Part shown: positions 31,510 through 40,764 of the stretch, in pieces
How the letters are laid out: each line of letters starts with the position of its first letter
Numbering within the stretch: the stretch's first letter is position 1
Source of the DNA: a virus
Lineage: Duplodnaviria; Caudoviricetes
DNA: 40,855 bases
Strand: one strand, 5' to 3'
Virus record (IMG/VR): IMGVR_UViG_3300021560_000011
Coordinates: 1-40,855 of that record
Notes under the pieces: generated by a model
Seen by the model: the letters and a program-made list of their open reading frames with translations, nothing else
Databases searched by the model: none
What the model was told of the DNA's origin: nothing
Translations under genes and position numbers: made by a program

Positions 31510-34500
31510 CTAAATCCCGCCGGCTAACTGACTAGTTATACCAGGATAAGTTATCCACTGTAATTCAGTATCTTTCTGGGCACCACTTATAGCTACCTGG
31601 AATTTCATGTAGTATCTGTTAAAAGTGAATCCGCAGGGACCAAGTTCTATCCTCATAATAGTTCCACTTACACCCTTAGGTAGGTCTACAACATATTCAT
31701 CCTCCTTACCCGGGTTTACATTGAAATTACCAGTGTAAGTTACAGTATCACCTATATAAATCTTAAAAGGTATAGGACTCCCCTGACTCATAGTTCTAAG
31801 TGCCATCCGTACTATCTTACCATATCTGAATATTTCTATAGGTCCAACCTGATCGAATTCATGAGCTATAGGTAAGTTCTGAACAATATCCGGACTTAAT
31901 CCTCCACTAGTAATACCATTGTCCCAAACTTCCATAAGTCCTGTAGAGTCGTAGAGTGTCCCACCATAATCTATACCAAATATATCTGTAGTGAAAAAGT
32001 GAAATACGGTTTGCTTATATGTTGTATTGAATGTTGTTGGAAGCTGTTGAACACCATCAACATCAGGTGTAAAGACTACATTATTTCCAAGTGTATCTAT
32101 AACCAAAGGCCAAGTTCTAAGCCGCTTCTGAGTAGCACTACCCATGTTAGAAGGATAAATACGGAGAAAAGTTAGGGGTACAGGTCTTGCATCATAGTCT
32201 ATTGAGAAATCTTCTATACTAAAGTCAGAAGACTGTCCAGTTATAGCTATCTGATAAGACTTAGGACGGTTCTGGCCTAGAGCTTGGGAGGCATCTAGAA
32301 ACTTTTCCGTAATCGCGGAACCAGAAACTATCGTACCTATGGTGTAAGAAGAGTTGTTCTCATCTATTAGCCTAACACTAAAACTACCCTGCCCAGTGAA
32401 ACACCTAGACTTAAAAGTATAAGTATCCTTCCTCTGTCGTGGCTTACCATTATCCTTATAAGGTAGAAGTAAGTTAATGGTCTGTTTAGTAGTGTTGTCT
32501 ATCAACTTACTATTTTGGATACCTATCTCCCGTATTTTTAGATCCCCATAGAAAGCTAGGATTTGACCATCCTGAGTTGCTGCCACAGCAGTAGCATCAC
32601 CCAAGTTATAATTAAAAGTTCTCCAATACTGCCTAACAAAATCATATACTTCACACCGGCCTGTACCTGTAATAAAACACCAAAGTTTATTCTGACCTAT
32701 AGTTACTGGATAGCGGACACTCCCAGGGGCTATTTGAAGTCTAGCCGGTACATATCCATAGCAAATTTCATTATTATAGAGTCTATCTAGGTTAGGTGCA
32801 ACAATAAGTTGGTTATTCTGGTTAGCATAAGTTGTACCAAAACTAGTAGGCATAACAATCCTCCAACCATCACTACTAAGATAATAAATAGCACCACCGT
32901 AACTTACAGCATCATAAGTTATAGGTGGGAACTTTACACCAAGTGATTGATAGTAAATATCAATAGTGTTATCTGGAAATGTTGTAAAAGTACCAGTCAA
33001 CAGATAACAATCTACATTAGTTCCTATAACTACCACAGCAGCACTTATAGCCCGTGCCCACATAATTAGTTCACTAGAACTTCCACTAGTCCGCACTGCG
33101 AGTGAAGTATCAACAAGATCAGGGTCATTAATATCTGAAGGGTACATAAAATTAGTTGTAAAGTAATACCAGCGACCTGCAATAGGTCCAACTATATCAT
33201 AAATTTTATCTGTTATAGAACTAGCTGTGATAGAAACCAAATTTAAATTAACAGTTATATCTAGATTTAAAGCAGTCTGATCCAGAGTAGTATCCCAGAA
33301 AGTTGTAGTTCCTACAGGTACTACTCCTACCCTATACCATTGATTTAACCCGCCTATACTCCCACCTGCCGCGGCGTTACGTCTAAAAATCCAAATTTCA
33401 GTAATCTGTGGATCAGAAGGTGCAGCCCAAGCTAGCTTTGTTATAGTATAATAATCTTGTGTATTCATATTAAGAAGTAGTGGACCTAACACAGATTTAG
33501 CTAAGTAAGATCCTGTGTTACTTACTCCCATCAGAGCATAATCCCAAAGCCCCAAAGGAGTAGCAGTACCACCTTTGAAAGCTATACCACTAGCTTCTAC
33601 ACCTACATAAAGTGTTTGTGGTGCAACCCTTAAAGTACTGAAAGAAAGTCTAACACCATAAACTGTAGACCATGAGAGATTACTTGCTGTACCGTAACGA
33701 GTAAACATTCCACGTTGAATTTTAAGCTGAATACCAGTTGCAAAAATATCAACACTAACTTGATTTGCACCCTCACCACTTCCTGTATTATAAGAGTAAT
33801 AGTCACTTACCTGGTCACCACTAGAATTTGGAACATCAAGTAGAAAATCTATCTGAAACCCATCAGAAGCTAAGTAGAAGTTATTAAGTAATACATAGAC
33901 GATATCAGTATCAAGCATAGTACCAGAATTTGAAGCACTAGTAAGTTTGGTATAGTCGAATGGTATACTAGGTATGTTATAAGATTGTACAACAGCACCA
34001 CCGCTAGAATTAGTAGTCATCTGAAGTAAACTACCACTAGCAGTAGCAGAACCTTGCCCAGGCGGGACTACAATATTGGATAAGTGAGGAATGAAAGGTG
34101 TAAAACAAGTCTCATTACCAGCCACACTAAGTTGGCCTACAGGTGTTACTCCCAAATTTTCTAATGTGGTACCTGTATCTTTCCACCTGCTATTCCCACT
34201 ACAAATCAGGGTAAAGTTGAAAGCTGTTCCAAAAGCAGCATTCTGTGAATCCCCCCCTATCATGATACTAGCATTATCACGCCAGACAGTTCCATCAGTA
34301 AGAGCAGCATAATCATGCCTAACGCCATTAATATATCTAGAAAATAAAGTATGCGCGGAAGCTGGGAATCCACTATACTTAACCCGGGTTCCACCTATAA
34401 GTTGCAGCGCACCATTCTTATCCAGCTCTAAATTATCCATCTGGAGCAAAGCATTAGATCGCCCATTCACAACGTCATCGCTAGGGCACCAACCAGCACT

Positions 34501-34530
34501 AAAGTCTTTAATAAATAAAGTTTCAGGCAC
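31510..34530 (-). CDS. large tail protein (nozzle / tubular B / packaged-DNA stabilisation-like)
   Basis: 1006 aa, beta-rich, N-terminal DFSAG...MDNLEL...G, YPSD..DPD, YYLSSDG propeller-like motifs. Confidence 0.65.
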   Translation of the reverse strand: MPETLFIKDFSAGWCPSDDVVNGRSNALLQMDNLELDKNGALQLIGGTRVKYSGFPASAHTLFSRYINGVRHDYAALTDGTVWRDNASIMIGGDSQNAAFGTAFNFTLICSGNSRWKDTGTTLENLGVTPVGQLSVAGNETCFTPFIPHLSNIVVPPGQGSATASGSLLQMTTNSSGGAVVQSYNIPSIPFDYTKLTSASNSGTMLDTDIVYVLLNNFYLASDGFQIDFLLDVPNSSGDQVSDYYSYNTGSGEGANQVSVDIFATGIQLKIQRGMFTRYGTASNLSWSTVYGVRLSFSTLRVAPQTLYVGVEASGIAFKGGTATPLGLWDYALMGVSNTGSYLAKSVLGPLLLNMNTQDYYTITKLAWAAPSDPQITEIWIFRRNAAAGGSIGGLNQWYRVGVVPVGTTTFWDTTLDQTALNLDITVNLNLVSITASSITDKIYDIVGPIAGRWYYFTTNFMYPSDINDPDLVDTSLAVRTSGSSSELIMWARAISAAVVVIGTNVDCYLLTGTFTTFPDNTIDIYYQSLGVKFPPITYDAVSYGGAIYYLSSDGWRIVMPTSFGTTYANQNNQLIVAPNLDRLYNNEICYGYVPARLQIAPGSVRYPVTIGQNKLWCFITGTGRCEVYDFVRQYWRTFNYNLGDATAVAATQDGQILAFYGDLKIREIGIQNSKLIDNTTKQTINLLLPYKDNGKPRQRKDTYTFKSRCFTGQGSFSVRLIDENNSSYTIGTIVSGSAITEKFLDASQALGQNRPKSYQIAITGQSSDFSIEDFSIDYDARPVPLTFLRIYPSNMGSATQKRLRTWPLVIDTLGNNVVFTPDVDGVQQLPTTFNTTYKQTVFHFFTTDIFGIDYGGTLYDSTGLMEVWDNGITSGGLSPDIVQNLPIAHEFDQVGPIEIFRYGKIVRMALRTMSQGSPIPFKIYIGDTVTYTGNFNVNPGKEDEYVVDLPKGVSGTIMRIELGPCGFTFNRYYMKFQVAISGAQKDTELQWITYPGITSQLAGGI

Positions 34531-34699
34531 GCGGTGTTGCTGCCTTTCCTTTAAGTTGCTGCTCTAGTTTCTTTATTCTGTCCTCCAGATTCACTAACCT
34601 GAACTCCCAAGATTCTTTGATTTGATCAAGCTCATTAATAAACTTCTCTATTTGAGCAGTTTCAAAAGTTATAAATTTACTTGCAGGTAGCCGGATCAT
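34523..34699 (-). CDS. 58-aa coiled-coil protein (not in ORF track)
   Basis: MIRLPASKFITFETAQIEKFINELDQIKESWEFRLVNLEDRIKKLEQQLKGKAATPRA; RBS AGGAGG. Confidence 0.7.
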   Translation of the reverse strand: MIRLPASKFITFETAQIEKFINELDQIKESWEFRLVNLEDRIKKLEQQLKGKAATPRA

Positions 34700-34838
34700 T
34701 CACATACCTCCTGTAGTAACATAAATTTGGATCAGGTGCTTGGCTTTTAGGTATTTGCTGTGGAGTATTAGATTCCATAGGAGTTTGTGGGTCTATCAAG
34801 TAGCGTCTATAATAGTAAAGATTAATATCAACAGCCAT
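34677..34838 (-). CDS. 53-aa protein with duplicated NLxYYRRYxxDP motif (not in ORF track)
   Basis: MAVDINLYYYRRYLIDPQTPMESNTPQQIPKSQAPDPNLCYYRRYVNDPATCK; starts 2 nt after the upstream stop. Confidence 0.7.
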   Translation of the reverse strand: MAVDINLYYYRRYLIDPQTPMESNTPQQIPKSQAPDPNLCYYRRYVNDPATCK

Positions 34839-34840
34839 AG

Positions 34841-35515
34841 TTAATACCCGTCATCGATTCCAATTCCAAACTTGCTAACAGGTAAGATAGGTGTATGTGG
34901 AAAAAACTGACTGCTAGTTATACCATTCAAGCACAGCTTTCGTGACTTGTTATGTATTTCATCCAGAAACACACCATAGACTTGCTTAAGTTGATTCCAC
35001 CTATTACTAAAGTAGTCTCTATTCTTTAAATTCTGCCCCGCACCCTCTACACCAAAGCACTGTTTTAGCACATAAGCTTTTAAAAGGCGCCTCCGGAAGT
35101 AAACAGGTATAGTGTAATTTACAAAGTCAGGTAAGATAAAGTACTCTATAATTACATCTGAAGTTATAGCATCACTATAGAGGTTACCACCGCTTGGATT
35201 TATAGTCTGATCCGGAATTGGGAAAAACTGGATAGTATTTGCACCTATGTTATTAAATACATACCAATAAGGTTTACTTATCTGTGTAGCGAAGTTAAAC
35301 ACTTCCCTCATGTTTCTTTGACTTAGAGGATCTAACTTAGTCCCCTGCCATGTAATCCGCCTGATACTCCGAATTGAATCCGGTAGTAAGTATTTTGCTT
35401 GTGTAGCTATTACAGGTAAGCTCATTCTGGTCAGAATACAAGGATACTCCTCAGCGAAATCATTCTCACCATCATTACTAAACCGGGTTATAGTTTGATC
35501 AGTCCAGAGACTCAT
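34841..35515 (-). CDS. head-tail adaptor / tail tubular A-like protein
   Basis: YLLPDSIRSIRRI, KPYWY, IQFFPIPD patterns; start moved to ATG 35515 (MSLWTD), ATGA overlap with the upstream small gene. Confidence 0.65.
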   Translation of the reverse strand: MSLWTDQTITRFSNDGENDFAEEYPCILTRMSLPVIATQAKYLLPDSIRSIRRITWQGTKLDPLSQRNMREVFNFATQISKPYWYVFNNIGANTIQFFPIPDQTINPSGGNLYSDAITSDVIIEYFILPDFVNYTIPVYFRRRLLKAYVLKQCFGVEGAGQNLKNRDYFSNRWNQLKQVYGVFLDEIHNKSRKLCLNGITSSQFFPHTPILPVSKFGIGIDDGY

Positions 35516-35649
35516 CTCAGTAACCCTGCTAAAGCAAAGAAGAATAAACCTAACCAACCTAAGTTAAGCTTAGGTGATTGAACACCTATTGCGGCTAGCA
35601 TAAAACATATAAGTGCCAAAATGATTGAAAGCATACCTAGAGAAGCCAT
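35512..35649 (-). CDS. 45-aa two-TM membrane protein, holin-like (not in ORF track)
   Basis: MASLGMLSIILALICFMLAAIGVQSPKLNLGWLGLFFFALAGLLR; RBS GAGG. Confidence 0.65.
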   Translation of the reverse strand: MASLGMLSIILALICFMLAAIGVQSPKLNLGWLGLFFFALAGLLR

Positions 35650-35664
35650 TTCTTTACCTCTTTC

Positions 35665-36378
35665 TTAAATCCTGAGTAACAAATCCGCTTTATTGTTCCG
35701 TTTCACGCGGTCAGCATACTCAACTACATCTTCCTGATAAGGTGCCCAAAAAAGTTGTGCTTTATTAAATTCTTGAGCTTGTTCAAGTAAATCCGCAGTA
35801 GCATATCTAGTTATTGCTGTTGTTTTATCACTGGCTATCAAGAAAGTGTCACTGTCAGAAACTAGCTGAGGTGCCAAAGCCCAGTAGTAAAGAATAAAAC
35901 TACCTAACGGCGTCTGAGCAGAATTATCAACCCAATAAGAATTAGAATCAAAAGCACCCGACCAGAAAGCTCCATAGGTAATATTACTAGCCAGATATTT
36001 CGGGCAGATACCAATGTTTTTATAATCAGAAGGTGCCCAAAATAAAGGTGTACCAATCCACTTCTCCCAATCTCTTCTAATTCTATCAAAGTCTTTTAAG
36101 CTCAAATCATCTCTCAGCCATAGATTAGTAACCTGATTGAAAATAGCAATAGTACCTAAATAGTCACTCACTCCTAGATTATTTTTAAAATCATAGTAAC
36201 TAAGATTACTTATCCAATTTAACGTTATGTTCTTTTGTATACACTGAGTCAGTATAGCTATATCATCATAAGCATCTTGTACAGAATTATTTAAATCATT
36301 ATCACTATAGAAGTTATAGTTTAACTCTATCAAGTTGTTTTGAATATCAGCTTTAACTTGACCTCTTGTTTTACCCAT
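35665..36378 (-). CDS. second head-tail adaptor-like protein
   Basis: T..QVKADIQ..L, YSDNDLNNSVQDAY, GTPLFW, AITRYATADLL adaptor-like pattern. Confidence 0.6.
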   Translation of the reverse strand: MGKTRGQVKADIQNNLIELNYNFYSDNDLNNSVQDAYDDIAILTQCIQKNITLNWISNLSYYDFKNNLGVSDYLGTIAIFNQVTNLWLRDDLSLKDFDRIRRDWEKWIGTPLFWAPSDYKNIGICPKYLASNITYGAFWSGAFDSNSYWVDNSAQTPLGSFILYYWALAPQLVSDSDTFLIASDKTTAITRYATADLLEQAQEFNKAQLFWAPYQEDVVEYADRVKRNNKADLLLRI

Positions 36379-36381
36379 ACC

Positions 36382-37068
36382 TTAAGACCACTCAGTCCAA
36401 TAGTTGATTCCAATACTACCAGTAGCACTTGTAGTTACCCTATAGTAGTTATTAGGAAGAACTATAAAGGTCATTGTACCATTACTACTTCCACCAGTAG
36501 TAGCATTCACAGAAACAATACCCACAAAAGTTGTTGGTGGGTTTGAAGCATCAGTTTGAGCAACCGCGTAGACTTGAGTACCTGTTAACCATGCTATACC
36601 TACAGCTACAGCAACATAAATAGGTGTTACACCAGTATTTTGATAAATAATACTAAATGCTCTAGTGGGACTTGACTGAGTACTAGGTGGCCTAGCACTA
36701 GTAGGTATTTGAGCTAGGCTTAAAGAACCACTTAGATCATTAAAACTAGGTTGAGCAAGCTTAGGATTCCCAAGATTATCAATCCATTGTACAAATTGAT
36801 GAGCTACCTGAGCTATAGATTTTATACCACCAAGTTTTGTTGGTGTAGGATTAGGTAGCTGAGCCGAGGATAAGATTCCACTAGTTATATTATTAGCCTG
36901 TGTAGTATCCGTATAAGCACTAGGTGCAAGTTTAGTCTGTAAGTCATTAAGTGTTATGTAATCCTGTTTATCCTGAGCATCTCCACAATTAATATCTCTA
37001 CGCCCACGCATATCTATATTTTTAGTAGATAGCTTCTGTACAATATCATTAGTTGTTTCTTGAAGCAT
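36382..37068 (-). CDS. short tail fibre / receptor-binding-like protein
   Basis: NIDMRGRR..N.GD.QD.QDY.T, P.PT.LGGIK, QPSFNDLSG fibre repeats; C-terminal YQNTG..PI...FIVLPNNYYRV domain; start 37068 or 37080. Confidence 0.65.
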   Translation of the reverse strand: MLQETTNDIVQKLSTKNIDMRGRRDINCGDAQDKQDYITLNDLQTKLAPSAYTDTTQANNITSGILSSAQLPNPTPTKLGGIKSIAQVAHQFVQWIDNLGNPKLAQPSFNDLSGSLSLAQIPTSARPPSTQSSPTRAFSIIYQNTGVTPIYVAVAVGIAWLTGTQVYAVAQTDASNPPTTFVGIVSVNATTGGSSNGTMTFIVLPNNYYRVTTSATGSIGINYWTEWS

Positions 37069-37070
37069 AG

Positions 37071-38846
37071 CTAGTACCAATTAGTTCCATCAAAAGTTAA
37101 ATCTAGAGCTGTATTTTGTGTCATACTATGGGTTCCAGGTATATTTCCACCACCACCTACAGTCAAAGTTCCAGTATCAGTTTTTACTAGTCTAATTCTT
37201 CTTCCAATCCAGCCACCAGTTATTGTTAATACACTGGTCACACCAGTTATAGTTGAAACTAAATTAAATGGTGTAGCTATTGAAGCAGCAGAAGAAATCG
37301 GACCACCAGTAATACTATCAATACCTAAATTATTTATAATTATACCATTAATAGCCCCAGTAATATTAATAGGCCCAGATGTATTACCTGTCAAATCATT
37401 TCCAATTATAGTTCCACCAAAAGTGCCAGCAATAGAAATACCATAGTTTTGATGCCCAGAACCTGCTCTTCCATTACCTATTGTATTATTTTCTATATGT
37501 ATATCAGTAAGCCCCCCAACCATAGATATTCCATGATGAGCAGCATTAGAAAGATTATTATCTGTTATATAATTATTACATATTATAAGATTGCTAGCTC
37601 CTGGACCTACAGCTATTCCATCAAAACTAGCAGATTGAATATTACAACCTAGTATTTGTACATTTTTAGGGCTACAAGCAGCTACTGAACCTATATCAAT
37701 AGCATAGCCTTGTGATAATGTCTGACCATTAACATGACAATTAGAAAGCCTTATAGAATTAAATGCTGTAGTGACACCCTGAAAACTAATAGCAGCACTT
37801 CCATATCCATCAAATTGTAAGTTATCAGCCCAAATATTCATGCATTTACCAGTAGTTGTAGTTGCTTGAAGGAGTAAACTATAAATACCAGCAAATCCAG
37901 AATTAGCAAGCATAGCTCCATCTACATCTAATAACCAAACACCTGTAGCATTAAAATTAGATCCAGTAACATAACCGCCAATCACACAATTCGCGATATA
38001 AATATTACTTGCTGGTCCGATAACTTTAATACCACCTTGTGGTTGCCCATCATTTACACCATTAACCCAAGAACTTTCATATACGTATAAAGAAGCTGGT
38101 TGTTCCGCAAGAATTCCAAAATATCCATTAAGTAGCTGAGTATTTAGTACCCTTAAATTAGCATTACCGAGTGAATGTATTAGTGCAAAAGGAGGTACGT
38201 TTGAAACTGCTGATAGACTTATATTCCTAAACTCACAAATCGAACCAGCAGTAAGTTCAAACATATGATAATTACTAGTTGTACCAGGTCTAGTAATTGT
38301 AGCCCCAAAGTAACCAGCACCCTCTATAACATAAGCTGATACTGGAATATTAATTGTAGCATAAGAAGTAACATTTTGTGGTATGTAAATTTTAGCTTGA
38401 TAACCAACACTAGAACTTTTAGGTGCATGTATAATAGCTTCCTGAATTCCACCAGTAGCACTACTTAGAGTCCAAGCACCACTATGACTATTAGCTGGAG
38501 TAAAAGTTAAAGTTTGATTTGTGCTACCTTCAGTTGCAGTTCCCCCTGTAATTAGAACAGCTTCAGCAGCACCAGTACCCCCACTTATATATAAATAATG
38601 TTTAGAATCAGCTCCATTTACACCCAGAGGAACATTAGGAAGTGTTATAGTATTAGAAATACCACCAATTAAATTTCCACCAGGAGAGATAGCTGCAAAA
38701 TTATAGTCTAGATTATTATATATATTATAAGAACTGCTAGTATCTGTAACAGTATGAAGTGCATTCCACTCATTAGGCCCTATGAGACTAGGGTCAGTCT
38801 GTTCAGGTTTTGCTGAAACAAAGCTATGTTTTACTGTAATTGACAA
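37071..38846 (-). CDS. tailspike with right-handed beta-helix (putative depolymerase)
   Basis: GIQEAI, Asn-ladder repeats (I.NN.I, GN.L.GN), N-terminal KHSFVS...P.EWN..H anchor, C-terminal L.FDGTNWY. Confidence 0.8.
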   Translation of the reverse strand: MSITVKHSFVSAKPEQTDPSLIGPNEWNALHTVTDTSSSYNIYNNLDYNFAAISPGGNLIGGISNTITLPNVPLGVNGADSKHYLYISGGTGAAEAVLITGGTATEGSTNQTLTFTPANSHSGAWTLSSATGGIQEAIIHAPKSSSVGYQAKIYIPQNVTSYATINIPVSAYVIEGAGYFGATITRPGTTSNYHMFELTAGSICEFRNISLSAVSNVPPFALIHSLGNANLRVLNTQLLNGYFGILAEQPASLYVYESSWVNGVNDGQPQGGIKVIGPASNIYIANCVIGGYVTGSNFNATGVWLLDVDGAMLANSGFAGIYSLLLQATTTTGKCMNIWADNLQFDGYGSAAISFQGVTTAFNSIRLSNCHVNGQTLSQGYAIDIGSVAACSPKNVQILGCNIQSASFDGIAVGPGASNLIICNNYITDNNLSNAAHHGISMVGGLTDIHIENNTIGNGRAGSGHQNYGISIAGTFGGTIIGNDLTGNTSGPINITGAINGIIINNLGIDSITGGPISSAASIATPFNLVSTITGVTSVLTITGGWIGRRIRLVKTDTGTLTVGGGGNIPGTHSMTQNTALDLTFDGTNWY

Positions 38847-39384
38847 TGTGAACCTCCATGTTACGTATGTCTATAGCTAATAACTCTTCATAAGTTACTG
38901 CCGGCTTAGATTTCTTTACTGCCTTGGTTATTCTGTTATAGGGTTCTTTAGATTCTGGTGTAGTACTTATAGATTCAAAACCGCACTCTATCAATAGCAT
39001 CTTAAGCTCATCAGAATCCATAGCACATACATGAAAATCCTGTGGGCTAGTTTGCCTACCATAAAGTGTAGCTTCCCAAAAATCCTTCATACCTAACATA
39101 TTCTTACGCCACCGTTGAGCACATTCCCAGAAATCAGGATAACTTATAAGCAGCATACCATCTACCTTAAGTACTCTTGAGCATTCCAGAAGTATCTTAC
39201 GATGGAACCGCTTCTGAATATGCTCTATACAGTGGAAGAAGAGAATTTCCTCTACCGACCCATCAGTATAAGGAAAGTCTTTCTTAACAAAATCAAGAAC
39301 AAAATCAGGTTTACAATTCCTGTCACTATCGATATTAACATAACCTTTGAATTTACTAAGCCCGCTTCCTAGATTTAGTTTCAT
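38824..39384 (-). CDS. class I SAM-dependent methyltransferase
   Basis: KLNLGSG, YVNID, FPYTDGSV, HCIEHI, ECSRVLKVDG. Confidence 0.88.
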   Translation of the reverse strand: MKLNLGSGLSKFKGYVNIDSDRNCKPDFVLDFVKKDFPYTDGSVEEILFFHCIEHIQKRFHRKILLECSRVLKVDGMLLISYPDFWECAQRWRKNMLGMKDFWEATLYGRQTSPQDFHVCAMDSDELKMLLIECGFESISTTPESKEPYNRITKAVKKSKPAVTYEELLAIDIRNMEVHIVNYSKT

Positions 39385-40138
39385 GTTTCACCATAGCAAG
39401 ATATTCTGCATCTCTGTCTTTTCTGTTGACACTGCTAGCACTTAACCCCGGTCCATTTTTATCTACCGGAGTGACTTTATTCAGCATCTCGAAGTACTTT
39501 TTGTAAGCATCCCTGTTGGCTTCATGTATAACCTCAGGCCATAAAATATGACCACATTCACATTCGCAGTTGATACATATTTTCGCATCCGGGTTAAGTT
39601 GTTTAAGCTTTATACAGTAATATACATCCTCAGTAAAATTCGGCCCGGTCATAAAATAAGGTTCCCTCAGGTGACTAAGAGGCTCAACTTTAAGTAGTGC
39701 AAAAGAAAATCCTACAGCTTCCTTGTTAACTATTCCAGTTCTAGGAAGCTCTTTATCTATTACAAGTCCTTGCTCCTTATCCCTAGAGAAACTCATATAG
39801 TCAAAAGGATAACCACGGACACAGATCTTACCAGCAGCTACATCCGCTTTACAGTCCAACAGTTGCTTTAGTCCGTAGTTAGGATTTACAATAACATCAT
39901 CATCCAAAAATAAGATATAGTCAGCTGAAGCTTCCAGTGCAACCCGCGCTGTCATGTTTCTCATTCTGTCTATACTCATCCTAGCAGGATTAGATATAAT
40001 AAAATCCACTTCAGGGTAACTCCGACCCAAGCGGAACCAAAACTGGCAGTGATTCGTATAAGCAGGATATTGCATCTCAGTCAGACTATTAGTTCCAACC
40101 ACGATACGTGTTCTCTTCTTCTTCTTCTTAATAGGCAT
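39356..40138 (-). CDS. GT-A fold (GT2-like) glycosyltransferase
   Basis: DRMRN, DYILFLDDDV (DxD), AVGFSFALL, TEDVYYC, CGHI; start moved to ATG 40138 with RBS GGAG. Confidence 0.85.
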   Translation of the reverse strand: MPIKKKKKRTRIVVGTNSLTEMQYPAYTNHCQFWFRLGRSYPEVDFIISNPARMSIDRMRNMTARVALEASADYILFLDDDVIVNPNYGLKQLLDCKADVAAGKICVRGYPFDYMSFSRDKEQGLVIDKELPRTGIVNKEAVGFSFALLKVEPLSHLREPYFMTGPNFTEDVYYCIKLKQLNPDAKICINCECECGHILWPEVIHEANRDAYKKYFEMLNKVTPVDKNGPGLSASSVNRKDRDAEYLAMVKHETKSRKRA

Positions 40139-40151
40139 CAGAATCTCCAAG

Positions 40152-40187
40152 AAAAAGGCAGCCAGAAAATCCTCCACCCTGACTGCC
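40152..40187 (-). terminator. intrinsic terminator after the capsid gene pair
   Basis: GGCAGUCAG...CUGGCUGCC stem followed by UUUUU on the minus strand. Confidence 0.75.
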
Positions 40188-40203
40188 CATGACGTGAGGG
40201 GAA

Positions 40204-40764
40204 TCACATCTGTCTAACAAAAGTTCTTAACAAAACTGTAGCAGCAAGTCTAGTATCTGTAGCATTAGTAGCGGAACCAGCCATAGTAGCAAAGTTATCA
40301 AGTAGGATAGCTTGAGCACTGGCAGCACTTGCAGCAGTACCAAAAGCATTATTAACAGTATCAATAGTTAAAGCATCACCACTAACACTTGCAGTAGCTC
40401 CAGAAGCCCAACTTACAGTAGTAGCGGAACGAGTGGCACGAACTACTGCCGACATACAGACTCCTGAAACTACAGCCTCTCCATAAGCAGGATAGACAAT
40501 AGGTCCAGCAGCTACTCCGAAATAAAATAAACTAGGTGCGGAAGCATTAGCAGCCGCCGCAGTACTTGGAAGTACAACTTGAAGTCCATCTTCCCAACCA
40601 GCAGGTAAACCATTAGAATAAGCTGGAGGTTGGGGAGTTGCACTCAGGTTTAAAATAAGAGGCGTACCAACAGGGATTGTAGCTGCCGCAGCAGAACTAT
40701 CAGCATTCCTAACACTATTAATATATCTTTCCGGTTTATTACTTTCAATTAGCTTTGTTCTCAT
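40204..40764 (-). CDS. probable capsid decoration/cement protein, Ala/Ser/Thr-rich
   Basis: First structural gene after MCP (across the circular join) and before a terminator; IPVGTP, FGVAAGPI....YG pattern. Confidence 0.6.
   Translation of the reverse strand: MRTKLIESNKPERYINSVRNADSSAAAATIPVGTPLILNLSATPQPPAYSNGLPAGWEDGLQVVLPSTAAAANASAPSLFYFGVAAGPIVYPAYGEAVVSGVCMSAVVRATRSATTVSWASGATASVSGDALTIDTVNNAFGTAASAASAQAILLDNFATMAGSATNATDTRLAATVLLRTFVRQM

Noticed and set aside
15727-37652. Shadow ORFs 15727, 17516, 19678, 21672, 24549, 25050, 30781, 32563, 34091, 35904, 36340, 37449
   Set aside because: Nested in or antisense to confidently assigned genes, with no independent support.
36382-38846. Diversity-generating retroelement or invertible tail-fibre cassette
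   Set aside because: No reverse transcriptase or invertase gene, and no TR/VR duplicate of the fibre C-termini was noticed.
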